Of a stretch of 64,000 nt of DNA, positions 1 to 8,126 are shown one piece after another. The notes under the pieces were generated by a model that searched no databases, had not been told where the DNA came from, and worked only from the letters and a program-made list of their open reading frames with translations. Positions within the stretch are counted from its first letter, which is position 1. The number at the start of each line of letters is the position of its first letter. Made by a program: the position numbers and the translations under genes. This DNA comes from Proteobacteria bacterium UBA6503 (GTDB lineage Bacteria; Pseudomonadota; Alphaproteobacteria; UBA1280; UBA6503), in NCBI GenBank assembly GCA_002436405.1, contig DJLZ01000001.1, positions 58,056 through 122,055 on the forward strand. Direction: 5' to 3'.

Positions 1-2018
1 CCCACGCCGAACAACAAGGCTGGCCTTGCCCTGTGTTTGATCAAAAAGAACAAACCGACATTAACTACGAAAAACTACTGCGCATTTTGATGGGCGCCTT
101 CCCGAAGGTACGCCCGCTGATTGGTAGCCACAACGCCCGTAGCTTAGCGGTTGCTATTTCACTGCAGCAAGAGTTTGGTCTAGAACAAGCTGACGTTGAG
201 TTTCAGGTGCTAAACGGTATGGCGCCTAACTTCCGTGATTGCCTGCGTGACATGGGCTACCGTGTCCGCCAATACTGCCCAGTGGGTGAGTTTATTCCTG
301 GTATGAGCTACCTTGTGCGCCGCCTGCTAGAAAACACAGCAAACCAGTCGTTTGTTGCGCAAAAAGCTAAGGGTGAAATTGATACCGAGACACTTCTAAA
401 AGCACCCGTCGTGCCTGAAGTTGTGAGCAGCAAAGAAGCCCCGCACTTTATTAATGAGCCTTTGGTTGACTTTTCTGAGCAGCCAAACCGCCTAAAAGCG
501 CGCGAAGCCATTGAAGCCCTACAGCCAAAACTACCCGTTACAGCCACACCTAAGGTAAACGGCAAAACAACCAAAACTAAAGGCGGCTACGAGCACCCTT
601 GCCCATGGCAAGCCTCGCAAATCACCACTAAGGTTGAGTTTGCGACCGCTAAAGACGCTGACGAAGCCGTTAAAGTTGCCAAGGACGCCTTGGCTGACTG
701 GGCAAAACTAGGTTTTGAAAAACGTGCTGACATTCTTGATAAAGCCGCCAGCATTTGCCAAGAGCGCTGGAGCGAGCTTTTTGCCATGCAAGTATTTGAA
801 GCAGGTAAAGACTGGGCCTCAGCGGATGCTGATATTGCCGAAGCTATCGACTTTTTGCGCTTTTACGCACAAGAAGCCCGAGTGCTTGAAGAGCGCTTCC
901 AGCCGGTAAGCGTATGGGGCGAGAAAAACACCCTTATTTACGAACCAAAGGGCGTTGCGACAGTTATCGCACCGTGGAACTTCCCGTTTGCAATTTCAAC
1001 AGGTATGACCGCTGCAAACCTTGTTGCTGGTAACCCTGTTATTTACAAACCAGCCGAGCAAACCTCTGCGATTGGTCAACAGATGTATGACATTCTGATT
1101 GAAGCAGGCGTACCGAAAGAAGTTCTGCACTTCTTGCCGGGTGACGGTGCTGAAGTGGGTGCACGCCTTGTGGCACACCCTGATGTTGCGATGATTACAT
1201 TTACAGGCTCAAAAGAAGTTGGCCTTAAAATTGTGGCGCAAACAGGTAAGCTAGAACAAGGCCAAGACCACCTAAAAAAATGCGTAATTGAAATGGGCGG
1301 TAAAAACGCCACCATCGTTGATTCTGACGCTGACCTTGACGAAGCCGTGCCGGGCACTGTGTTTGCCGCCTTTGGCTTCCAAGGGCAAAAGTGCTCAGCC
1401 ACATCACGCGTTATTGTGGTGGGCAGTGCTTACGATGCCTTTGTAAAACGTTTGGCAGAAGTTGTTGAAGGCCTACGTGTTGGTGGCGCCCACGACCCTA
1501 TGTTTGACGCCAACGCTGTGATTGATAAAGAAGCCTGCGATAAAATCCGTGGCTACATCAAGCAAGGCATGAAAGACGGTAAACTATTGGCACAAGCGCC
1601 AGCTTCTGATGAACTACTCAACAGTGGCTGCTTTGTACCACCAACCGTGTTTACAGACATTAAAGACTCTAGCCCTGTTGTGCAGGATGAAATCTTTGGC
1701 CCAGTCCTTACCGTACACAAAGCCAAAACAATCGAAGAAGCCGTTGAAATGGCCCTTGATTGTGATTACCGCCTAACAGGTGCGGTGTTTAGCCGTAACC
1801 CTGCCACAATTGAATATGTGCAGAAAGCCTTTAAAGTTGGTAACCTATACGTTAACCGTGGCAGCACAGGTGCCCTTGTAGGCCGCCAACCATTTGGTGG
1901 TGGTGCGCTTTCAGGTACAGGCACAAAAGCTGGTGGCCGCGACTACCTACTGCACTTTGTAGAGCCTCGCGTTGTAACTGAAAATACAATGCGCCGCGGC
2001 TTTGCACCAAAAGACTAA
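1..2018 (+). CDS. putA: Bifunctional proline dehydrogenase / P5C dehydrogenase PutA, C-terminal ~670 codons; the 5' end lies left of the window
   Basis: ORF 33..2018 stays open in the same frame back to base 3 (HAEQQGWPCPVFDQK...), so it is cut by the window edge. The first ~100 residues (GSHNARSLA..QVLNGM..YCPVGEFIPGMSYLVRRLLENTANQSF) are the end of a PRODH barrel. The rest is an aldehyde-dehydrogenase fold with EMGGKN and FGFQGQKCSA motifs. Confidence 0.9.
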   Translation, partial: HAEQQGWPCPVFDQKEQTDINYEKLLRILMGAFPKVRPLIGSHNARSLAVAISLQQEFGLEQADVEFQVLNGMAPNFRDCLRDMGYRVRQYCPVGEFIPGMSYLVRRLLENTANQSFVAQKAKGEIDTETLLKAPVVPEVVSSKEAPHFINEPLVDFSEQPNRLKAREAIEALQPKLPVTATPKVNGKTTKTKGGYEHPCPWQASQITTKVEFATAKDADEAVKVAKDALADWAKLGFEKRADILDKAASICQERWSELFAMQVFEAGKDWASADADIAEAIDFLRFYAQEARVLEERFQPVSVWGEKNTLIYEPKGVATVIAPWNFPFAISTGMTAANLVAGNPVIYKPAEQTSAIGQQMYDILIEAGVPKEVLHFLPGDGAEVGARLVAHPDVAMITFTGSKEVGLKIVAQTGKLEQGQDHLKKCVIEMGGKNATIVDSDADLDEAVPGTVFAAFGFQGQKCSATSRVIVVGSAYDAFVKRLAEVVEGLRVGGAHDPMFDANAVIDKEACDKIRGYIKQGMKDGKLLAQAPASDELLNSGCFVPPTVFTDIKDSSPVVQDEIFGPVLTVHKAKTIEEAVEMALDCDYRLTGAVFSRNPATIEYVQKAFKVGNLYVNRGSTGALVGRQPFGGGALSGTGTKAGGRDYLLHFVEPRVVTENTMRRGFAPKD

Positions 2019-2046
2019 TAAAACATAACCAAGAAAGACCAATACC

Positions 2047-2541
2047 ATGACTGAACAAAACTGGGCTGCGCTCGACCCAATGCAAACGATTCAGGCGGCT
2101 GGCTGCCTTTATAAAGACCTTCAAGATGTGATCATCTTTGGTGTTTTTAAAAACGGTAGCGTGGGCACGTTGTTTACAAGCAACTCGTCACCTCTGCACC
2201 TGATGTGGATTTTGAAAGCCATGGATTGGGATAGTGTTCTTGAAAGTGAAGACCCAATGCCACTGATGGAAGATACCGTGAAAGAACTTGGCGATAAACT
2301 TGGCCAAGCTGACCACACCCACCCAGTGGCAATGCAAGCGCTTGAAAACATGAAAGAAGCCGAGCACATCATCATCGCAGGCCTAACACCTGACCATGAG
2401 CTGACAATGGCTACATCGAAAGATGTTAACTTCATGACCACAAGCTTCTGTGTTGATTGGTTCCGCCATCAGCTGCTAACACAAATGTCGCAAGCGGCAC
2501 AAGTGGCCGCACAGCAAGCCCAAGCCGCTGCCCAAAAATAA
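2047..2541 (+). CDS. Hypothetical protein, 164 aa
   Basis: Clean ORF 28 nt after the putA stop. No motif recognised. Two internally similar halves (VIIFGVF..TS..DW and IIIAGLT..TS..DW) and a Gln/Ala-rich tail. Confidence 0.5.
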   Translation: MTEQNWAALDPMQTIQAAGCLYKDLQDVIIFGVFKNGSVGTLFTSNSSPLHLMWILKAMDWDSVLESEDPMPLMEDTVKELGDKLGQADHTHPVAMQALENMKEAEHIIIAGLTPDHELTMATSKDVNFMTTSFCVDWFRHQLLTQMSQAAQVAAQQAQAAAQK

Positions 2542-2553
2542 GCGAGCAAAAGC

Positions 2554-3471
2554 ATGCACATTAAGCCTAAAGCATTAAAACCCAGCGCCACCCTTGGGGT
2601 GGTTAGCCCGGGTGAATGGCTTGATGATGAACGTTTACAAAAAGGCATTGAAAGCCTTAAGGCCATGGGCTTTAAAGTCAAAGCATCACCTGAGCTTATG
2701 AAGCATCACCGTTTTGCTGGCACCGATAAAGACCGTGCCGATGCCCTTAATAAAATGTTTGCTGACCCTACAGTAGACGGCATTATTTGCGCCCGTGGCG
2801 GCACAGGCTCAGTCCGCCTTCTCCCTTACCTTGATCTTGAACTTATTCGCCATAACCCCAAAGTTTTTTGCGGCTATAGCGATGTCACGATGTTGCTCCA
2901 TCATCTGTACAAGCAAACAGGGCTTATGACGTTTCATGGCCCTATGCTGACCACCTTCCAAGACAACAACATCTTTTCAGCCTCGCACTTTAAGGCTGTT
3001 TTGGCGGGGGATACCCCTCACCTAGCCCTTGAAGACAGTGAAGCCCATACCGAAGGCACCGCCGAAGGCGAGCTTATTGGCGGTAACCTCAGCCTTCTGA
3101 TTAGCCTGCTGGGCACTGAAGACGAGTTTGAGACTGACGGTAAGATTTTGTTTATTGAAGAAATTGACGAACCACCCTACGCGGTAGACCGTATGCTGTG
3201 GCACCTAAAGCGTGCAGGAAAGCTGGATGGCATTAAAGGGCTTATCGTGGGTGAAATGCTCGATATTCAAGAAAATCACCCCGATAATCCGTATGGTCAC
3301 CCTCTGACTGAGGTTTTGGCTGAGCTTGTGGCAACAGGCGTGCCTGTTGTGACCAATGCCCCTTGTGGGCATGGCGCTAAGCTTGCCACATTCCCGCTTG
3401 GGGCTGATGTACGTTTAGAAGTTGCGCGTGGGGGTAGTAGTCTCACGTTGTTATCTCCTTCAGTGTCTTAA
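2554..3471 (+). CDS. ldcA: LD-carboxypeptidase (peptidase S66, muramoyltetrapeptide carboxypeptidase-like)
   Basis: S66 hallmarks are present: ICARGGTGS, the nucleophile elbow FCGYSDVT, the acidic EEIDEPPYAVDRML segment and a C-terminal PCGHG histidine. Confidence 0.85.
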   Translation: MHIKPKALKPSATLGVVSPGEWLDDERLQKGIESLKAMGFKVKASPELMKHHRFAGTDKDRADALNKMFADPTVDGIICARGGTGSVRLLPYLDLELIRHNPKVFCGYSDVTMLLHHLYKQTGLMTFHGPMLTTFQDNNIFSASHFKAVLAGDTPHLALEDSEAHTEGTAEGELIGGNLSLLISLLGTEDEFETDGKILFIEEIDEPPYAVDRMLWHLKRAGKLDGIKGLIVGEMLDIQENHPDNPYGHPLTEVLAELVATGVPVVTNAPCGHGAKLATFPLGADVRLEVARGGSSLTLLSPSVS

Positions 3472-3484
3472 GTTATTTCATACT

Positions 3485-4738
3485 TTATTTAAAAGCTTTA
3501 TCGGCAACCTGTGCTTCAAGCACATCGCCAAAGCCGTTAAAGTCGGTACGCATAGTGCGGCCGTAAGCGCCCAATTGACCCACCTCAATCCAGTCACCCG
3601 TTTGCAGGGTATCAGGCAGCATAAAGGGGCCTTTCATGGCGTCTAGGCTGTCGCAGGTTGGGCCATAAAAGCTAAATGCTGTTTTAGTGCCCTTCAGCAC
3701 TTTGCCATCACGCCATACACGCACCGGGAAGCGCCATTCGCAAGCGCTACCAGCATCAAACAAGCTGCCGTAGGTGCCGTCGTTCAGGTAAAGGTTTTGG
3801 CCCTTACGTAGCTCAACACGGGTCAGCACGCTGCCGCTGTTGGCCACAAGGCCACGGCCAGGCTCAGCCCATAGTTTGGCTGTTTGTAGCACGGGGTATT
3901 TTGCGTATTCAGTGGCAATAACATCCATGTATTTACCAAGGTCAGGCGGTGTCATGCCTGGGTAACGGGCGGGGAAGCCGCCACCAACGTCAAGCACATC
4001 CAGCTCAATCTCGGCTTGGCCAACAATATCAGCCGCAATGCCAATAGCACGGGCGTAGGCTTGCGGGTCTTCGCACTGTGAACCCACGTGGAAGCTCACG
4101 CCAATTTCTGGTGCGCTTACGTTGGCAAGTTTTAGCAGGTGCACAGCCTCAGGCGGGTAGGCGCCAAACTTTGCTGAAAGGTCAATTTTAGCATTGCCCT
4201 TTTTCAGGCCTAGACGTACCACAAGGCACAGGTCTAGGGCGTTATCGGTTGCGGCTAGAATTTTCTCTAGCTCTTCAACACAGTCCAGCACGAAGGTACG
4301 CACACCGTAATCAAAGTATGCGGCACGGATGGCCATTGGGCTTTTAACAGGGTGCATAAAGGCCAGCATGGCTTGTGGGCACACGCTACGTACAAGCTTA
4401 ATTTCGTTCAGGCTAGCCACATCAAACGCACGTACACCAAGCTGCCACATTTGGGCAATAACTTGGGCATCAGGGTTTGATTTAACGGCATACATGCTGA
4501 GCCCGCCAAGGCCTTCGTCAAACGCTGATAAAAAGTGCGTCACTGATTGGCGCAGCTCTTGTGGGCGGAACAGATGCACGGGCACTTCAGGCTGAAGCGC
4601 CGCAAGCACTGCGCCTGCGTTTTTGTATGTGTGTTCTGGTGTTACAAACGCCGCAACATGGCCCGAAGCGTTAGGGGCAATGCGTTGCGTATGCTCTACT
4701 TGAGAGATGACTTGCGTCAGGAAAGGGTTTCGTTCCAT
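3485..4738 (-). CDS. PLP-dependent ornithine/lysine decarboxylase (fold-III, eukaryote-type ODC family)
   Basis: YAVKSNPD (PLP lysine), DVGGGFP, and FYGPTCDSLD near the C-terminus. The 417-aa length is typical. An AGGAGGA Shine-Dalgarno lies upstream of the ATG at 4738. Confidence 0.85.
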   Translation of the reverse strand: MERNPFLTQVISQVEHTQRIAPNASGHVAAFVTPEHTYKNAGAVLAALQPEVPVHLFRPQELRQSVTHFLSAFDEGLGGLSMYAVKSNPDAQVIAQMWQLGVRAFDVASLNEIKLVRSVCPQAMLAFMHPVKSPMAIRAAYFDYGVRTFVLDCVEELEKILAATDNALDLCLVVRLGLKKGNAKIDLSAKFGAYPPEAVHLLKLANVSAPEIGVSFHVGSQCEDPQAYARAIGIAADIVGQAEIELDVLDVGGGFPARYPGMTPPDLGKYMDVIATEYAKYPVLQTAKLWAEPGRGLVANSGSVLTRVELRKGQNLYLNDGTYGSLFDAGSACEWRFPVRVWRDGKVLKGTKTAFSFYGPTCDSLDAMKGPFMLPDTLQTGDWIEVGQLGAYGRTMRTDFNGFGDVLEAQVADKAFK

Positions 4739-4925
4739 CGCACGTGCTATCCTCCTATTAAAGTGAGCCTATTCATGACTCAGGTTAATGGGGAGACGTC
4801 CGGTCGTAGCATAACCTGCAAGAGCAGTCTGGAGACGCGGCTGGAAGGGAATTTACTTAAACTCTCTTCTGCCCACCCCGACTATGCACCCAGGGGCCAT
4901 CGGCACGTGCGGAACGTCCATTTGT
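4739..4925 (-). promoter_or_regulatory. Long structured 5' leader of the ornithine decarboxylase gene; candidate speF-type alphaproteobacterial RNA element
   Basis: About 187 nt of non-coding, GC-rich sequence lie between a plausible promoter and the start codon. The palindromic octamer GCACGTGC occurs twice, at 4903..4910 (leader 5' end) and 4740..4747 (between the SD and the ATG), so the two copies can pair over 9 bp. The speF RNA motif is known upstream of ornithine decarboxylase genes in alpha-proteobacteria. I cannot align to its covariance model by eye. Confidence 0.4.
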
Positions 4926-4932
4926 GAAGAAT

Positions 4933-4960
4933 GATATAGACTATTTTTAGCTAGATGCAA
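4933..4960 (-). promoter_or_regulatory. Candidate sigma70-type promoter for the decarboxylase leader
   Basis: On the minus strand the sequence reads TTGCAT (4960..4955), 16 nt, then TATATC (4938..4933). Confidence 0.35.
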
Positions 4961-5089
4961 GCCTATTGAGAGGGCGTATATGCATTTTTTGTGAAAAAAT
5001 AATCACACCCCATATGGGCATTGTTCATGTTTGGCGTTTTTGCGCCATTTTTTAGGTGCCACCGCCGCAAACACCGCTATACTAAAATT

Positions 5090-5557
5090 ATGATTATTAC
5101 ACGCTTCAAACTTAAGTCTGCCCTATTCCACGTTGTGCTGGCCGCTGTGCTGGCATGGCTGATTGAGCAAGCCATGCTCATCGAATACATTTTTGCATGG
5201 TTTTACGCCGTTAACATCGTGACGTTTATCTCGTTTGGGTTAGATAAAGTCTCGGCTAAAAAAGATAAGGGCCGTACGCCTGAAATCACCTACCACATTC
5301 TAGGCCTTACGGGCGGCTTCCCTGCCATTTTTGCAGGCCGCCGTGTGTTCAACCACAAAAAGTCAAAGAAGGGCTTTATTGTGCCTATGTGGATTCTATT
5401 CATCGCGCAAATTCTGATTGCGGGTTGGTACTTCGGGAACCTTGATCAGGTGTACCATAAGTGGGACAAACAGCCTGCGGCTGAGCAATCGCAAAAGCAA
5501 TCCCAGCAAAAATCTGGGCCTAAGCAGACTTCACAAACTAAAAAAGCTGGCTCGTAA
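5090..5557 (+). CDS. DUF1294-family small membrane protein
   Basis: FGLDKVSAKKDKGRTPEITYHILGLTGGFPAIFAGRRVFNHKKSKKGF matches the DUF1294 pattern, and the protein has hydrophobic helices and a Gln/Ser/Lys-rich tail. The track ORF starts at a TTG at 5021. The in-frame ATG at 5090 (MIITRF...) is the more likely start. Confidence 0.7.
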   Translation: MIITRFKLKSALFHVVLAAVLAWLIEQAMLIEYIFAWFYAVNIVTFISFGLDKVSAKKDKGRTPEITYHILGLTGGFPAIFAGRRVFNHKKSKKGFIVPMWILFIAQILIAGWYFGNLDQVYHKWDKQPAAEQSQKQSQQKSGPKQTSQTKKAGS

Positions 5558-5565
5558 GCCAGCTA

Positions 5566-6594
5566 TTATTTTCCAGATAAAAAACTTAATTCCCCGCTTC
5601 TAACTTCGTCCAGTGCCTCCTCACCCGTCTTACCCTTGACCTTAATATTATATTTGTATGGCTCTAGGGCATGAGCAAAAATTTCCCCGAAAATAGTGGG
5701 ATTGTAGTCGTGATAATCTAAAGCACCCTTTCTTGCTACTATCCTTGGTTGACCAGTATTTTTATTAATCTCAGTGCCAAACTCTGGGCGAGAAATCAAA
5801 TGTATATTTGCAGCAGAATAATGAGCATATATTTCTCTCAATTGGATTGCGTTTGAAGGAATAAATGTATGAAGCCTATGCTCCAACATTGAATTACACC
5901 CCCCACAATCATCCAGAACATACACTAATGCCACATCTTTAACTCTAAGCAAAACAGTTCGTCCAGCAAGGCCATCACAATAATCAAGCATATCTGAACT
6001 ATCAAACTTTTCAGTATTCAAGACATTTAAACTTCCAAAAACTCCATGTGACACATGCACACCTACGATCCTTGATCTAGCAACAGCATGAATGTGATGA
6101 AGCTCATGCAAATCATAATGAGAGCCTAGCATTGAATTATTTTCTCGAGCATCAAGTGATGAGGGATTTTTAAAGTCACGTAAATGAACTTTAAGAAAAA
6201 TAAGACATAGCCATGCGCATAAGTGCTGAGCCCCACCGTTATTCACATATTCCTTTACTGCCTTAAACCCTCCAGAAAAAACCTCACTTAGTGGCTTCTC
6301 AAAAACTTCCCCCAACTTAGTATTACAAGGCTGACAGCACGCAATTTTATATGTTGAATATTTAACTGGCTGCTCATTTGGCAAGATAAGCCGTCTATTA
6401 TGAGAGTTGGTGGTCTTAAGAACCCAATTAGGGAAGATATGTTCGTCGTTAAATGAGTTACTTGGTTTCTCACCACAAATAAAGCAATAACCTTTGCGAC
6501 ATATCTCATTAGTAAACTTTTCGTATGATGCAAAAATCAAATTTCCATCAGAATCATACGCAGAGCCATCTTTTGAAAGGGTGGTCAGAAACAT
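5566..6594 (-). CDS. Orphan protein with an N-terminal HNH-type (beta-beta-alpha-metal) nuclease motif, 342 aa
   Basis: CFICGEK-x10-FNDEHIFPNWVL ... CCQPCNTKLG gives the CxxC / (D/E)H / CxxCN arrangement in the first ~95 residues. The remaining ~245 residues are unrecognised. It is markedly AT-rich: a hand-counted 100-nt sample has 38 G+C, against 46 in fumC. Confidence 0.6.
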   Translation of the reverse strand: MFLTTLSKDGSAYDSDGNLIFASYEKFTNEICRKGYCFICGEKPSNSFNDEHIFPNWVLKTTNSHNRRLILPNEQPVKYSTYKIACCQPCNTKLGEVFEKPLSEVFSGGFKAVKEYVNNGGAQHLCAWLCLIFLKVHLRDFKNPSSLDARENNSMLGSHYDLHELHHIHAVARSRIVGVHVSHGVFGSLNVLNTEKFDSSDMLDYCDGLAGRTVLLRVKDVALVYVLDDCGGCNSMLEHRLHTFIPSNAIQLREIYAHYSAANIHLISRPEFGTEINKNTGQPRIVARKGALDYHDYNPTIFGEIFAHALEPYKYNIKVKGKTGEEALDEVRSGELSFLSGK

Positions 6595-6617
6595 GATAAA
6601 TCTATTAAACTTCTATA

Positions 6618-7208
6618 CTAATTCTTGCGTAGAATAATATTCTGCCATGTGGTGTTATGGCCGTCAGAGGCCCAAGTCTCAAGCACTTCAGCCCCAGCCA
6701 GGTTACCAAACAGGTGCTTAACCTCATCTAGTGTAAAGCCATTAAACAGGCGGCCATCAATGCCTGAAATACCAGCGGCGTTTTTGTCCTTCAAGCAGGC
6801 GTACATCACGCCATCAGGCTTAATCCATGACCATAGGCGCTGCACAAGTTCGGGCAGGTCTTTTTCAGGGGTGTGTACTAATGATGCCATTGCCCAAACG
6901 CCGTCAACTGGGCGGTTTGGCGTAAATTCTTCAAAGGTTGAGTTATAAACACGGCAGCCACTGTGCATGCGAGCACGGGTGCACATAGCTTCTGAGCCAT
7001 CAACACCAATAGAGTCAAAACCGTGTTGGCAAAAAATCTTCAAATCGCGGCCCGAGCCACAGCCTACATCAAGAACAGTGCCCCCTTCTGGCAGGCAAGC
7101 CATAAACTTTTCACGCTCGTGGGCAGGGTCAATTGCCAAGGTGCGGTCTGAGTATTCATCAGCGTTTTGGTTGTAAAATTCGCGCGTGGGGGTGTGCATC
7201 GTGAGCAT
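6618..7208 (-). CDS. Class I SAM-dependent methyltransferase (small-molecule type)
   Basis: Motif I VLDVGCGSGRD, motif post-I GVDGSEAM, and 196 aa. No DPPY/NPPY or other DNA-methyltransferase motif. Confidence 0.8.
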   Translation of the reverse strand: MLTMHTPTREFYNQNADEYSDRTLAIDPAHEREKFMACLPEGGTVLDVGCGSGRDLKIFCQHGFDSIGVDGSEAMCTRARMHSGCRVYNSTFEEFTPNRPVDGVWAMASLVHTPEKDLPELVQRLWSWIKPDGVMYACLKDKNAAGISGIDGRLFNGFTLDEVKHLFGNLAGAEVLETWASDGHNTTWQNIILRKN

Positions 7209-7362
7209 GTACCTGTTTTTAATACCTGTATGACTTATGTTAATTCAAACCTTTATGGCATGCTGGCCTTTGGCCTGTCAACAAAGGGGTGGTTTTGAGT
7301 TTTAAAACATATAACCATGCGTTATTATTGCGCCACAGTTTAAACAAAATAGGCCTATTTCT

Positions 7363-8124
7363 ATGACTGCTCAAAACACTCCGCTTGCCATTATTGTAAT
7401 GGCTGCAGGTAAAGGGACTCGCATGAAGTCTGACCTTGCTAAAGTTCTTACCCCACTTTCAGGCACCCCAATGGTGCACCACGTTCTTACCGCCGCTGGC
7501 ACCGACACCAAAAAAGTTGTGATTATTGGCCACCAAGCCGACACTGTGCGCAGCAGCATCGACAGCGCTTTTGACGGTGTAGAATATGCCCTACAAACCG
7601 AGCAGCTTGGCACAGGCCACGCCGTACAACAGGCTGAAAAAGCCCTTAAAGGCTTTGAAGGCAACGCCATTATTTTGAGTGGTGACGTACCGCTTGTAAC
7701 CCCTGACCTTATTAATGCTTTGCTAAAATCACACGGCGAAAATGCCGTGACTGTGGTCAGCACCACTATTGATAACCCAACAGGCCTAGGCCGCATTGTG
7801 CGTGATGACGCAGGTAACTTTTTAAAGATTACCGAACAAAAAGACGCCACAGAAGCCGAGCAAAAAATCACTGAAATTAACACCGGTATTTACATGGTTA
7901 AATTGCCATTGGCGTTTGAGCTTCTAAGCCAAGTACAAAACAACAATGCCAGCGGCGAGTTTTACCTAACCGATATTATTGCCCTTGCCCTTAAGGCAGG
8001 CAAAAACGTTGGCACCTGCCACGTAAACGACGGCATGGCTCTTTTGGGTGTAAACACCCCTGAGCAACTGGCCGTTGCTGAAGGCATTTACAACCAACGA
8101 CAACTCACAGCTAAAGGAGCATAA
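7363..8124 (+). CDS. glmU: UDP-N-acetylglucosamine pyrophosphorylase domain only (GlmU N-terminal domain; no left-handed beta-helix acetyltransferase domain)
   Basis: LAIIVMAAGKGTRMKS and LSGDVPL are the GlmU uridyltransferase signatures. The ORF stops after 253 aa, inside the linker helix (AEGIYNQRQLTAKGA*). glmS starts 3 nt later, so there is no room for the hexapeptide-repeat domain. Confidence 0.8.
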   Translation: MTAQNTPLAIIVMAAGKGTRMKSDLAKVLTPLSGTPMVHHVLTAAGTDTKKVVIIGHQADTVRSSIDSAFDGVEYALQTEQLGTGHAVQQAEKALKGFEGNAIILSGDVPLVTPDLINALLKSHGENAVTVVSTTIDNPTGLGRIVRDDAGNFLKITEQKDATEAEQKITEINTGIYMVKLPLAFELLSQVQNNNASGEFYLTDIIALALKAGKNVGTCHVNDGMALLGVNTPEQLAVAEGIYNQRQLTAKGA

Positions 8125-8126
8125 TT

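Noticed and set aside
5566-7208. Methyltransferase plus HNH protein as a restriction-modification pair
   Set aside because: The methyltransferase has only small-molecule class I motifs, with no DPPY/NPPY or target-recognition domain. Its composition is native while the HNH gene is AT-rich, so the adjacency looks incidental.
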